A stretch of 64,000 nt of DNA from Kondoa subrosea (lineage: Eukaryota): the NCBI GenBank assembly GCA_039545335.1, contig BCIN01000002.1, forward strand, positions 881,118 through 945,117, read 5' to 3'. Position 1 is the stretch's first letter; every line of letters begins with the position of its first letter. This document shows positions 35,458 to 50,109 of the stretch, one piece after another. The notes below the pieces were generated by a model. The model searched no databases, had not been told where the DNA came from, and saw only the letters and a program-made list of their open reading frames with translations. A program made the translations under genes and the position numbers.

Positions 35458-37062
35458 ATGCAATCCTATTCAAACATTACTCCTTCTCAGCTCTTATTAG
35501 CTAGAACTCCTCCTGTACCATCAACAGGTCAAGCTTCTTCAACACCTTTCCTTTCACCCAAATCCAAGAACTTATCCAACGCGATCATAGAACAAAGACC
35601 TTTCACCGTACATCCTACTTTCTTACCTAACGCTTCTAATCCGGGTACAATTTGTATTCAAGTAGAAGATGTGGAATTCTATTGTCATAGAGATCTTTTG
35701 ATTTTTGCTTCTCCCTTTTTCGAAGCGTTGTTGCAAGGTGGTTGGAGAGAAACTAGCTCGAGCATTTTGGAGAAAAGGCAGAGTAGCGCGATTGATCGGT
35801 CATCAGTTTATTTACCTGAAGAGGTGCAAGAAGTAGAAGATTTGGAGCCTAGGATCAGTACGGATGAAGATGTGGAGGAAACAGGAGATAGAGATATTCC
35901 AACATTAGTTGTAACGCCAACAAAGAACTCGTTCGAAAGGGAGTTGGCTGCAACTGATGAAGATGGAGCTGGAACGATTGCGAGTGTCAAATCCTTTGCG
36001 GAAGAGATGAGTGAAAATGGTGTAGAGGTACTGGAAGATCGAGAAGATTCTGGCAGCAAGATTGAGGCTCGGATCAGATTGACAGAGGAAAGGCCTGCCA
36101 GCTTTCAGGATGCCTTGTTCTTCATATACCCACAGTAAGTGACTTTTCTGAATTCTGACTCCTTGACTGATACGCCAACAGTCTTGAGATGACTGTGAAC
36201 TGGTCTTCAGTCGGCGAATTAGTAGCTATTTCTCGTGGGTTGGCGAGATTTCCTGATTCGTGTGCATGCTCACTGTGTCAATCACAGGGAAGTTCTTGAT
36301 GCCTTTTCTCGAACGACACTGTGTCGCTTTTCTGATGAGCTCCGCTGCTGGTCGGCCGATTATGGCAATGAAGATTGCAGAAGATCACCAACTCGCAGAT
36401 CTTTACAAAGAGAGCTCTCGCTTCTTGCTCGACAACTATAGTCATTTTGAGCAGAAAGAGTTGAGTGTTCTGACGGAGGCGACTCTACTGAAGCTGGAGA
36501 AACGAAGATCTTGGTTTCTCGAGCGATTGCAAGCACTATCATAGTAAAGCTTTTATAGTAGCTAAAACAGTTTCTCACAGACTCAAGCTCGGCCTTCTTT
36601 CTGCCTCGAGAGACTACACCTGCTGCGCTTCCTGTCCAGACAACGCAGTCTGCGGTCGCCTACTAGAAGAAAAATGGCGAAGTGCTTGGTCTTCCTCTAT
36701 GCGCTTCGGTACTCCACAGCCGTCCATCATTTATCGATCTTTGCGACAACTTGAACCTTCGCTGGCTTCTCCTGCCTTACATTTGCCTCAGACGGCTTGT
36801 CAATTGCATGCTCGAAATTGGGTTGCAGATCTGTGAGTTCTAGGGATCCAGACTGCCGCATTTGAACTGAAGACGTCGAAACAGCTTCGATAGGATGTTC
36901 CAGTTGGCAGGATCGAGCTCATTTGGGCGAAGTTACGGGTCTAGGACTTACGGAGATGCTGGGAGTGCAAAGCAAGGAGCAAAGGTAAGCTAAATCGGCC
37001 TAGAACTGTTAATGCTTCTAATCTCTTAACAGTATTTCCTTTGCTGCGAAATGCGTGGATAA
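35458..37062 (+). CDS. BTB/POZ-domain protein (basidiomycete type)
   Basis: ICIQVEDVEFYCHRDLLIFASPFFEALLQGGWRET; EERPASFQDALFFIYP; KLEKRRSWFLERLLKL; TAA 37060-37062. Confidence 0.85.
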
Positions 37063-37150
37063 TTACAAGGGCTGCTGTTTTTCCCTACATTCAGAACGAT
37101 TGCGTGTATTACTATCTACAGCCCTTATTAACAAGAATATATAATGCAAT

Positions 37151-39138
37151 TTATAACATTGCTTTCGATGCCGAAAACGAGATAGAGGAGATTGACGAGG
37201 AAGCAGTTGAAGTTGCAATTGATGTGGAGGCGAGAGAGGTCAGACTGCTACCTGCACTTGACAGGGTCGAGCTAGATGATGTTGGAGATGTGTCGTTGAT
37301 CAATGCGATTTTAGGAAAAGCAATAGCAGGTAGTGCATTCTTTTTGAGATCAGAAACAGATTTGGCAAAGAAAGGCGTTCGACCAGTGAGAGCATATGCA
37401 TGCCTCGTGAGAGTCAGTATCCGATTTTGCATCGCTCCATTTGTTGTGCCATAGTGAGAAGTATATCCGTCATTGTGCTGGACAAATTTACACCCGGTGT
37501 CGTCTCGACCAAAGAGACTATACAAGCTGATCAAACAACAGCATGAAGAAGATGAAGCGGACGGACCTCCAATACAATGAGCCAGCTATGTTCTGGTCAT
37601 CTTCCACTTTGTCCAAAAAGCCCTTGAGTCGCCTGAACTTCAAGAATTAGCCAAATCAAGACTCCATATATTGAAGTCAACATACGAAGGGCCAAAGGAC
37701 AAGACTATGCCCTCAACAATCGGAATCCATAGCAAGAAGAAGATTGAAAGATGCCATCGTTTTAAGGTGAACTCTATTTGATCAACAGTAGCCTTTGTTC
37801 TGTTTTCTCATTAGACAGCCTTTCGATTCAGCACATCAGAACACGCACGGATTGTCCATATCGATGTACGTTTCGGTCAACTGTTTCCGACTTCTCATAT
37901 ATCTCGGCACAGGGATCATATAGCGTCTTTGGAACCATTTGCGAGGTAAGATGAGACATAGCAATGCCTGGGACATAAGGCTAAGCTGCATGCGACCGTT
38001 AAGCCAGAGTAGTACGTACCAGTATGAGCGGTATCAAGCCAGCTAGCAAAGGTAATCTCGTATAGCGGTCTGCGTCGTCCAATTCGCCTATTAGGAACGC
38101 TTTTCCATGCCTTGAAGCCAATTCCGCATCTTGAACTACTTGACTTTTCCAGAGTGGGTAATAATGGTTGCTGAGAAAATCAGTTTCTGGTATATCTAAG
38201 GCTGCCTTGGTTCGTATGCCGTATGATCCATCGATACACAAAGTCTGGGGAGCGAAAAATTTGATTTGCCGACATACGCGTTGTGTCCATTCTGGAGTAG
38301 CGTTCAGAAGCTCGTTCCCAGTTTCCCAAGCAAGAATAGTAGGATTATCTTTCAGAGCTATATGCTCGATGGAAGAAATGTGGTTCATGATCGTCCCTAA
38401 ATAGACAAGGAAAGAGTTGAAGACATCTTGAGTCGTGTCGTAAAAGAGAGTTTGGTTTTTGCTGTCGGCGTTGTGTACTTGCATGAATCTGCTGATACCA
38501 CCGCTACCAGAAGTATCAGCATGCAAAGCAATGTTGAGCTCTCGACTCACTGGTAGTAATTATATTCATCCATTAGCGGAATGATGAGCTTCAGATTGTA
38601 CATGCCGGCAGCATATACCGCTAAAGAGGATATTAACACTATCCGGATGGAGAATGCAGGTTATAGCTGACCAAAATCGACCACTCGAAGCGCCGCTTGA
38701 CTGTAGGTTCCGTTTCCTCTCAAAATACACAGATCGCAGCCTATACTGATGCCTAAGGTATGCGCTCTGATTGTTGTCGCACCCATTGCTATATTTCGCA
38801 AGATCAGCGTAGGCGAGACTGGCAAAACAGATAACTGACTAGCAGCGGTAGCTACAATTTCCAACACACGCTGTTGAGAAGGATAGCTTGGAGAGCCATC
38901 AGGATTGATATTCTCATCCTGCTCCTGAGTTAGCTATCGTCAAGATGACAGAATACCAACGCACCAAGCCTAGCCAATAAACGTTTGGTCCAGCGATTCT
39001 GAACTTAGCAGTCCCATCTTCAAGGTAAAGACCAGACACATTCCGCTGAACGAAGAGATTCGACTGAGTGATCCCAAGGCTTTCAGGCGAAGAGACTGTG
39101 AAAGCGTTGTTGACACTGAGAGGATCGCATTTGCTCAT
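37151..39138 (-). CDS. Glycoside hydrolase family 5 (endo-beta-1,4-mannanase-like) with an internal hydrophobic hairpin and Ser/Thr tail
   Basis: AGPNVYWLGL, MGATTIRAHTLGIS, acid/base ILAWETGNEL, SNHYYP, nucleophile FLIGE, YWSLFGRDD...QHNDGY. The 5' end is uncertain. Confidence 0.85.
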
Positions 39139-39434
39139 CCTGGGTCGCTGCGCTTTGCTGCCAGTGCTTTAGCTGAAGAAATGTTGCATGTCCCAAATAT
39201 TGGTGGACCAAATTCAGCGTCGCCTAGCTTTGCGCTTCAAGCGAGCAATCCAGAGAGCCACAGGATATTGTCCAGATGACAGAGACTACAGATGATCGTC
39301 TGGGATCAACACACGTTTGTAACTCGATCAAGAGGGGACATTGTATTACGTAATCTACAGACTTTCAACTTCAAGCTGTACTAGACTAAGATAGACTCTC
39401 GCATATGCTATATACACCGCCACGGTCCAGTGAT

Positions 39435-41694
39435 CTAGGTCGAACTGTACAACTTCTTGTCGTAGCTGACAAGACCTACGAAAGCGATTCAGCTGCCCAG
39501 TTCAGAGCGGAACTGGTAGTATAGCTTACCATGCACATTGCCCTCCACTTGAGCTGAACTGCTACGTAACTCAAAGCGTACTGCCAAAAGTGGTTAGAAA
39601 CGAGCAACCGTTCGAGCATCCCACTCACGTTCGCCTGATCGAGCAGCTGCCTGCAGCTCTCGTAACGTTTTGATACCCATATCTTGCATACTATACACTA
39701 AATGAGCGACTTTCGTGTCATCTCATGACAAAGACGTACCTGTGCTGCAAACCAGTGTGAAGATATGGCAAAAACTTCCTCAATGATCCCTTGTCTTGTA
39801 CAGCACCAGTAACACCCTGTATCCCCTACATCAGCTGATGTCAAATGAATGGACGCATAGTATCAACCTGAGCAACTCTGACGACTGCATCTTCCGAAAA
39901 GTATCGTGATGCGGCAGCGTTATCGACAGCAGCTCCAGCTTTGCCCGCTTTTTGATGCTCCATAGCATCGATTGATCCCATACCACGGTACTTCTTCAAT
40001 CGTTGACCTGTACGATGACCAATATCACCAAAAATGCGCAACGCATAAAGGACAGGTTGCCGCACCTGCATTGTAAAAGTATTCTCCAGGTGTTTCTGAT
40101 GTTCCAGCAAGCAGACCACCCATCATAACGGCTGAAGCACCGAGCGAGAGGGCTTTGGCAATATGACCGACATTGGAAATGCCGCCATCAGCAATAACAG
40201 GTACACCAAACTTGTGAGCGAATTCGGCAACGGCATGCACAGCAGTTGCTTGTGGTCTTCCAACAGCAGTAACTTCTTGAGTAATACAGATTGATCCTGA
40301 ACCCATGCCTACTCTTAATCCATCTGCTCCTGCTGCAATCAATTGAGCTGCTTGTTCTCTTGTGACAACATTGCCAGCGATGACTTCTAATGTTGGATAA
40401 GTGGATTTGATCCATTGTATCATTTCAATCTGATAGGTCGAATTGCCTTGGGATGAATCGAGAATAACAATATCCAAACCAGATTCAACAAGTAAAGCTA
40501 ATCTCGCTCGATCGGGACCCCTTGTGCCAATAGCAGCAGCGCAGAGAAGTTGTTTGCTATCTGGTTTCTTGGAAGCGAGAGGGTAATCTTTGTTCTTGAG
40601 CAAATCAGATCGAGCTAATAAGGCTTGCAGCCGGCCATCGGAATCGACTACTGGCAATTTGCCCTTCTTGGAGTTGCGCAGAATCTTGTTGGCCTCCTCT
40701 AATGTCATGCCTTGTTTGCCGGTGACGAGATCGGTAGTCATGACTGATTCAAGTGTTGAGGAAGGCGAGCACCATTGGATATCGCGAGCAGTAACTATGC
40801 CCAAGAGTTTGCCTTTCAATTTGCCGGTATCTGTCGTACACGACTTCTCTTAGCTCTGAGCTTGTGAAGACATAGTGGCAGTGAGAAAGGTGAATCAGGG
40901 TTTAAATAGATAATGATCGGTCTCCACATGTTGGCCCAAGGAGGTTATACACCATCGCAAGATAATACTTTCGGAAGAACGAAGGTCATTGTGATATTTA
41001 GGTTGTCATCAAGAGAAGATCGAGATGGGAAAGAAGACGGAAAGCAGGAAGTCAGGCTTACCTGTTACTGGAATGCCGCAAAAACCGTATTTCGCCTTAA
41101 GTTCAAGGACGTCTGCTACAATATGTTGCGGTGTCAAACAGACTGGGTCGTTGATGAATCCGTTTTCGAATTTCTTGACTGCACGAACCATATCCGCTTG
41201 TTCTTGAGGTGACATATTGTGATGTATTACACCAAGACCGCCCAAGAGCTGTCAACCATGAACAAATCAACACCTTCGTAGCCGGTAATGAAGGCCAGTG
41301 ACTGACCGCCATAGATATTGCTGTTTCTGTCTCGGTGACTGTGTCCATCGGAGAAGAAAGGAAAGGTGTTTTTAAGGTAACGTTCCTTGTGACATTAGTG
41401 TCGAGAGATACAGCAGAAGCAGGGAAGTCAATGTGCCCAGGCTGTTGTGCAAAAAATTTGCAACAAGTTATTGCCAGTCATGCCGCACGTGAAAGGCTAG
41501 CGAACCAGGACGAGAAAATCGTTGTAAGTTACTCCTCCAGCTCTACCATCTGTCAATTCCTTCAAACTTAATCCGTCGCGCTTTTCGTAAGTCTGCAAAT
41601 GTTTCAATGCTTCCGAAGCAGGCAGGAAAGAGGTGCCATTGGTCAAAGGCTGCTTGGATGTAGAAGTGGATGCTTGCGGAGTGTCGTTGACCAT
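39435..41694 (-). CDS. IMD: Inosine-5'-monophosphate dehydrogenase
   Basis: [22 protein letters not shown] pair, [41 protein letters not shown]. Confidence 0.97.
40890..41017 (-). ncRNA. snR54: Intronic box C/D snoRNA, snR54/SNORD59-like (18S rRNA Am974-equivalent guide)
   Basis: Inside the unusually long IMPDH intron 40831-41061: box C TTGATGA (41012-41006), guide ACCTTCGTTCTT directly before D' CCGA (40986-40971), box D CTGA (40898-40895). Yeast snR54 is hosted in an IMD4 intron. Confidence 0.85.
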
Positions 41695-42000
41695 ATTGAG
41701 CATCAGATGAGAGTGGTCGAATGAGAGAAGCTTCATAAGAAGAAAAAAAACGCAGATGCTTGACGAGCGTCGGCGAGGCGAATGTCTGTATTGCACCTGC
41801 GAATGCTTGAATAGATGCTGCTCTAGAGATGCTATTCAGCAGAGCCCTTCCTGTTTCCTCCTGCGTCTGTAGTGCTATGATTCGAATCTTTGACTCTGCC
41901 TCGCTTAGCTGTTCTTATGTATACTGTTCAATAACACTGCTCTCCGCTCTTGATTTCTCTTTTTCTCTTGCCTTACTCTGTCGTGCCGCTTTCACGAGAT

Positions 42001-44000
42001 ATGACCTCTCTTGCGGAAACTATGGGCAGCGACTCTGTCAAGCTAGAAGAACCTGGCATCGACAGCAAAGCTGCTGTACCAGGCAAAAACAAGATTGATA
42101 GCAAGCCCGATGGAGGGAGAGAAGCTTGGTCGTGAGCAATGTTACCCTGCATGCATCGAGAGCAAGCTAACCGCTAGTTTTCAGTGTCGTATTGGGTGCC
42201 TTCCTGCTCAACATCACCAGTATCGGCTTCTCGAACGCAATAGGAGTATATCAGGAAATCTTCACTACCGATTTCCCAGCAATCTCATGGTCCAAAATCG
42301 CTTTGATCGGTTCGTCTTAAACTTTCGCCGTCTTCACCCCTCTGAGTCTCGTCATGTAGGAGGGTTGCTCATCTTCTTTGCTGATGCGATGTAAGATATA
42401 TGTACTGGACCTAATACGCAGACTGATGAGATGAAGTAGCGCTCCACCTTCTGGCGCTGCTTGCGACTCGTTTGGTCAACGCAAGGTCGCCTTCTGTGGG
42501 TTGATAGGAATGGCCCTAGGACTCCTACTTCTTTCCTTCTCGCATGAGTATTATCAAATTATTTTGACTTTAGGTAAGTCAAGTAATTCTGGCCATGAAA
42601 GCAGCTGAGCAAGGTTCATCCAGGCGTTTTGACCGGTATAGCTGAAGTGAATCGAATTTCTAGGCTTGCTCCTACTGGACTGATAGATGCTATCTAGTCA
42701 GCAGTCATCATGGCAAGCGTTTCCATTATCACCCAATGGTTTGACAAGAAGAAGAGCCTCGCTCTAGCCATTGTGTTCCAGGGGACCGGTACAGGTGAGC
42801 TGTACACTTCTATTCTCTTTGGTAACGCTTCCTAAAGCCAGATGAAGGAGGTGTAATCTTCTCGATTCTCATTCGTCAACTTCAAGACCATACACCAGAA
42901 TGGCGAGATCGGATTCTAGCTCTGATTTTGTTGGTTTTGGGTCTACCTGGTGCTTATCTAGTCAAGAGTCGGAATCCTGTTCGACAACCTTTCAGTCTGA
43001 GAAAAATCATACCGAGATTCTCTCATCTAAGAAGACGCTCGTTCCTATTCTTGTGTCTCAGCAAGATGACTGGATTCTTCGGGACGTGAGTGATTGATTT
43101 CCTCCCTTTGCAATCGTGACTGATCCAGTGCTCAGATGGGGTGTACGTTCGATCTTACAGTACAACGACTTTTCATTGAGTGATGATTGTAGTTCTACAT
43201 CTTCTGTGAGTAGAGTCTACGTCTTTCGTGTGCGTGAAGCTAGAGATCTGTTCAGTCCCTACTCTGTCAAAACAAGTCGTACATAGCCCTATAGAGCCTT
43301 ATCTGTGGGCTATCAATCAGGCAGGTCATATGTATACTACCATACTGCTTTTCTGACAATGTAAAAGGGGGTAGGTAATGTTGGCCGAATAGCTGGAGGA
43401 CTACTAGGTCAGCTTCTTGAATACTCGTCCATCTGGCGCCTTACATCGAGCTAGGCGATCGGATTGGTCAATGCAACGCATATGTGGTTTCCGCGTTACT
43501 GGTCACAGCAGTATCATGGGCGACTTTCTTACCAATATCTGATACTCCAACTGCTGTTTCATTCGCTGTATTGTTTGGCTTGACTCAGGGTGGATGGTCC
43601 CTCTTGGTCGATTCAGTCAGTACTATTTCATATCATACCCTTTTCACGGAGCTAATTGCTATCTGTAGGTCAGCATGCATGTAACAGATGGCATAGAGCC
43701 AGGGTAAACCATATCAATTCCTCTTAGCTGTTGTGCTGATGCACTTATAGCTCCGCTGTGGGCGTCGCTACTGCTTTTTGCTCTTGGACACCTATCGTCG
43801 CGGCACCACTTGGCGGATTGTTGGTACGCTACACCGAGAAGAGGCCTTTTCTGTAAGCTCCTCAGCGCCATGGTGTACTATCTACTGACGAGTTGGGTAG
43901 ATACGCTGGAATCATGTGGTGCTCTGGCTTCACATTGTGCTCTATTACAGCTATCTTATGTCGACTAGCACACGAAAGGGATTGGAAACAGAAAGTGTAA
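42001..44000 (+). CDS. MFS transporter, monocarboxylate porter (Mch-like)
   Basis: PDGGREAWVVLGAFL, TQWFDKKKSLALAIVFQGTGTGG, GRIAGGLLGDRIG; many short exons; TAA 43998-44000. Confidence 0.88.
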
Positions 44001-44151
44001 CATGCGAAAAACGAATTGTGTAATGTATGCATTCAACGAAGAAAAAACCCTTGCAGAATTGCAGATCCCCCAAAAATGTGAAAACTATTGACAATCAAGA
44101 ACCCCTTCTCTACCCTTATCGCCCTTTAACCCCTAAGTCCCCTGTTTCTGT

Positions 44152-44958
44152 TCACAATTGAGATGCAGCTGGCAACTCCGACGATGGCTCTTCCGAATGT
44201 AGTGCGGAGTTTCGCGAGACAGGTGGTAGGAATGAGTTAGGTGAAGCCGAAGCGGAAGGAAGAGCTGATTCCGAGGGAAGAGCTGACGTAAAGGCTGAAG
44301 CACCAGATGCAGCTGATGAAGGTAGCTCAGATCCAGATGAGAGATCGGCGACATCCACATATTCGACTTTGGTAGCAGTGTATCGTGGACGAGATGCTGA
44401 ACCAGAGCCAGAAGCACGAATTTCCACAAATCTGGTAATTGGCTTCATTGTGCGAGTTTGAGTGATAGTGATGGTCGGATATTCAGTCGCTGAGACTTGA
44501 GCTGATGCAGTGGGTAAAGATAATGATCTGTCAACATAAGATGAGTTGATGATCGAGACATGGCAAGTAAGCCAAACTCACGCATCGGCACTTTCAACAA
44601 GTGATTCAGAAGCCTCAGTATCCTGTCTCCTCTTCAATTTAAGATTTTGTGTTCTCGCTAGAGCAACAAAAAGTGCTTCGTGTTCATCGGAGCTGGAGGA
44701 AGAAGCGATTTTGCGAGCAGCTACTACGATGGAGCGCTTGGGCTGGACTGGTTTGATTGGTTGGGACTTGGATAACCATCGCTTCTTGAGAGAGAGTAAA
44801 GCATTGGCCAGTGGTGTTGCTGGAAGTTGAGACTTCTTGACAAGGACTGGTCGGACAGCTCTAACAGCAAAGCGACGAGTAGGTAGAGCTGATACTGATT
44901 CGATTGAGATCAGGGCAAGGAGAGCAACAGCAATGAAGGTGAAGTTGAAGCGAGCCAT
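44152..44958 (-). CDS. Secreted Ser/Ala-rich protein with several dibasic sites
   Basis: Signal peptide MARFNFTFIAVALLALISIESVSA-LP; intron 44528-44581 joins the two ORFs in frame. Confidence 0.75.
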
Positions 44959-45457
44959 TATATAATGATTTGATTGTTCGAGTGATAAGTGGATGAGAAC
45001 AAGCCAGACAGAATGAAAAGACTCTTATATAGCGGATGCATAATGGCTTGCATGATATGAGAGGCAAGATACGGGATGGCAAGGTACTAGCAGGCTTTAC
45101 GAGGGAAGTCAAAAAGATGGCTTGTCGAGTTGCAGCGATATACGACTACCAGTGGCTTGCGGCTGCTGCGACTATACCATATAGAGCAGCTCGCAATTAT
45201 GCAGAGCTTACAGCATGAAGCGATCAAACAGCTGAATGACAGTTAAACGTTACTCCCTTTGTCGTTTTCTCGATTCCCCTCTATGTCGCCGTTCTTGCGA
45301 TTTCTCTTGTACGCCAGTGTTCCCGCATTTGTCTCTCGCTCTCTTAAGACTTCTCTGTCACTTCCTTTGCTAATTACACCGGCCTTTGCACCATACAAAG
45401 CTCCAGTTTTCAGCTTGTTATTTCTTTGTCTCTGCTTTCTTCTGAGCTATTAGCCAG

Positions 45458-46239
45458 ATGGACCATCAGCTGCATCATTCTGCTGCGAAGCAAATCATCG
45501 AGCATCATGCAACTGCCGAAAGCCATCCAAAGCTGGACCAATTGAAGTTCGCTAGCTTTGGTTCGAATGTCGAAGGCGCATTTGCTGACAGTCAGTCTGG
45601 ATTTTCGTGCAATCTTTGTCCATACTGAAGTGGATCCAGATCATCTTCGCTGGCTCTTATGGAAGAATGAGCAAGGCATGGCTATCAAGCAATATCCAGA
45701 TCCTTCCGCAGCTACAGTCCAGGCCTCGAAAGAGCTCCATGCCGCGATGAAGCGAGATGCCGCTGGCTATGGCTTGACAAATTCGTTCATTGTCGTCTTT
45801 GAAGGCGAGACTTTGGTTGGCTACATGCATCTCTACATTGACCACCCAGAGAAGTATATCTACATTATGGGTACGGGCGTAGTGCGTGAGAGGCGTGGAA
45901 TCGCTACATATCTCTCGGAGTTGGTCATTAGGGACCCAAGATTTCAAGGTTACACTTTAGCGGTCAGTCTACCTTCGGCAGTATGGACCTATTGATTGAC
46001 TCTTTGTGCTATAGCGGGATCCAACCGGGATTCACGAAGCTCCGACACCTGAAGGAGGCAGACAGGCCTTTCTTCAGAGGTGGCGAGCATCTCATAGCAA
46101 ATTAGGTTTCAAAGTCTACCAGCAAGATAAGACTTGGGTGCCTTCTAGTCTGGCTCCGGTCCCAGCGAAGGAACACTTCACTCTTACTTATGAGCAAAGC
46201 ATGGTGATGCGTCTCGGCCAGCCCGCCCAACAGAAATGA
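45458..46239 (+). CDS. GNAT-family acetyltransferase-like protein
   Basis: FIVVFEGETLVGYM, acetyl-CoA motif A GVVRERRGIAT, HSKLGF; two introns. Confidence 0.7.
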
Positions 46240-46416
46240 GGCAGAATAGACTAGCATTCCCTTCATTACTTTGCATATCTACATTTTCAAGTGCCAGCTT
46301 TGATAGCTTTGACTTTCCAAGGGACTCTACCCGACCTCATTCGATACGAAAGCAATGAAGCTGTATCACTCTACATCAGATGTCCCTCCAAGATTAGCAC
46401 AAGCTCAGCATTCACC

Positions 46417-47615
46417 TCAGAGCAACCTCATCTTGAGCGTCAAGTCTTCATCCACTTTCCCATCTTGGATCGCTTTCTCCAACTCCTCGACATCCCAATT
46501 CGCACTCACATATCGACCTCTAAGCTTCTTCGCTGCCTCATTGGTAGCTAACCAGAGTACAAATCCGCCAGGTAATTTTTCAGTATCGGTTAGGATATGA
46601 TGAGTTTCTTTGGGCATGGCTTCAGCTAAAGCGGTCATGATCGCCCCTGGGTGGAAAGCGATTGCGATGACGCCTTTGTAAGAGTATTCGATATCGATGT
46701 ATTCTGTAAATCGATTCAAAGCGGATTTAGTTGGTTGATATGCTGAGAATCCAGGTCGGGTGGTAATCGAGCCTATGGAGGAAGTGGAGATGATGTAGAG
46801 TGGCTTGGGAGAAGGCGAATCAGGAGAAGAGAAACGACGTTTGAGAAGATGATGGGTTGGTAAGTAGACACCTTTCTACTTACCTTCTCAGCGTTTAGGT
46901 AAATGAGAGCAAAGAAGACCGACAATATTGACCGACCAAGTATTCCACCAGGTTTCTGGGTCGCTTTCGTGTATAGGCTGATTCTTCTCCAGAACGCCAG
47001 CGTTGTTGACAAGTACTGCGCTACCGTGATTAGAGATAATTCCAGCAGTGGTCAAAACATACCGTCTACTTCAATACCCTCCTGAGCCAACCTCTCGAAT
47101 AGAGCCGCGACAGATTCGTTCGAAGTAACGTCTGTAACTTGGGTGATGACCTTTGGGGTGTGATCAAGTTTCAGCGCTTCGATGTCTTGCTTGACTTGGT
47201 GTAGCTACTCGCGACTGTGAGTTTTTTTGTGCATTGGTATAAGTACAGCATCCTACCTGAGATTCAGTCCTTGAAGCCAGAACTACCGAAGCTGCCCCAG
47301 CGCTGACACCTTAAAATCAGCTGCCTGAGCAACAAAATCGAATAGAACGGACGTGGCAAAAGCCTTCGCGATCTCTTCGCCAACTCCGCGGCCAGCTCCG
47401 CTATTTCGCAAGTCAGCTCGTCACCATTCGATGAGAATGGAATAGACTTACGTAATCACTACGTTCAATCCTTTAGCAGTCTTCTTCAAGGCTGTCTTCG
47501 CATCAATAGCATCGTAGACGCTTGTATATCTTCAGCGGTGCTCAGACCAGCGGACTCCGAGGGCTTACTCATGGCGCAGAGTTTTGATGTGTTCCTTCTC
47601 AAATCTACAGGACAT
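46417..47615 (-). CDS. Short-chain dehydrogenase/reductase
   Basis: VVITGAGRGVG, VNNAGVL, AYQPTKSALNRFTE, FHPGAIMT, LRGRYVSANWDVEEL. Confidence 0.9.
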
Positions 47616-47908
47616 GCTGGGCAGATATACAGTACCTCTTTAGCGAAGATCCGCAAAGTGCTGACAAGAGCTTGCGAGCGGCTGTTCGTTAATGAGCTCC
47701 AGTACCTATTTTCAGCTTCTTATTGATCTGTAACAAGCCTTATGGCAGAATTCAAGAGCAATTATGCATTTCTCGCTTATCACCTTCAAATGTATACTAA
47801 ACTGTGTTTATGTGCAAGAATAAGCGACCCTTGGCAAGCCTTGATATCGTCTGTTGTTGGTCTCGACAGAACCAAAAAGTCGACGCTCGAGCCAATCAGC
47901 TGATTGCA

Positions 47909-49805
<1,897 letters not shown>

Positions 49806-50109
49806 GGCGAATCTGGCAAATGTAGACGGATGGGGAAGAACAAAGAAGCAAGCTGCACAAAGAAAGCACGGAGCGAGGAAGTGGATCAAGACAAAGGATG
49901 ATTAACCAAGAAAACAAGGGAAACGCGAAAAGACGCAATCGATCAATTCCGGGGAAATCAAAGTGTCTCGGAAGCTCCTGAAATCAAACTGCACAATACA
50001 TTCAGCTTGTTAATCAGCTCATAGCTTGTTACAAAGAGACCCACGTTTGCTAATGTGTATCTCATGATCTTAGCAAGAACCAGCTTGCCCTCTTCTACTT
50101 GTCCTCAGT

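Noticed and set aside
38020..38090. Suspected frameshift after the GH5 nucleophile (GELD instead of GEYDW)
   Set aside because: The frame continues cleanly through the downstream exons to YWSLFG.
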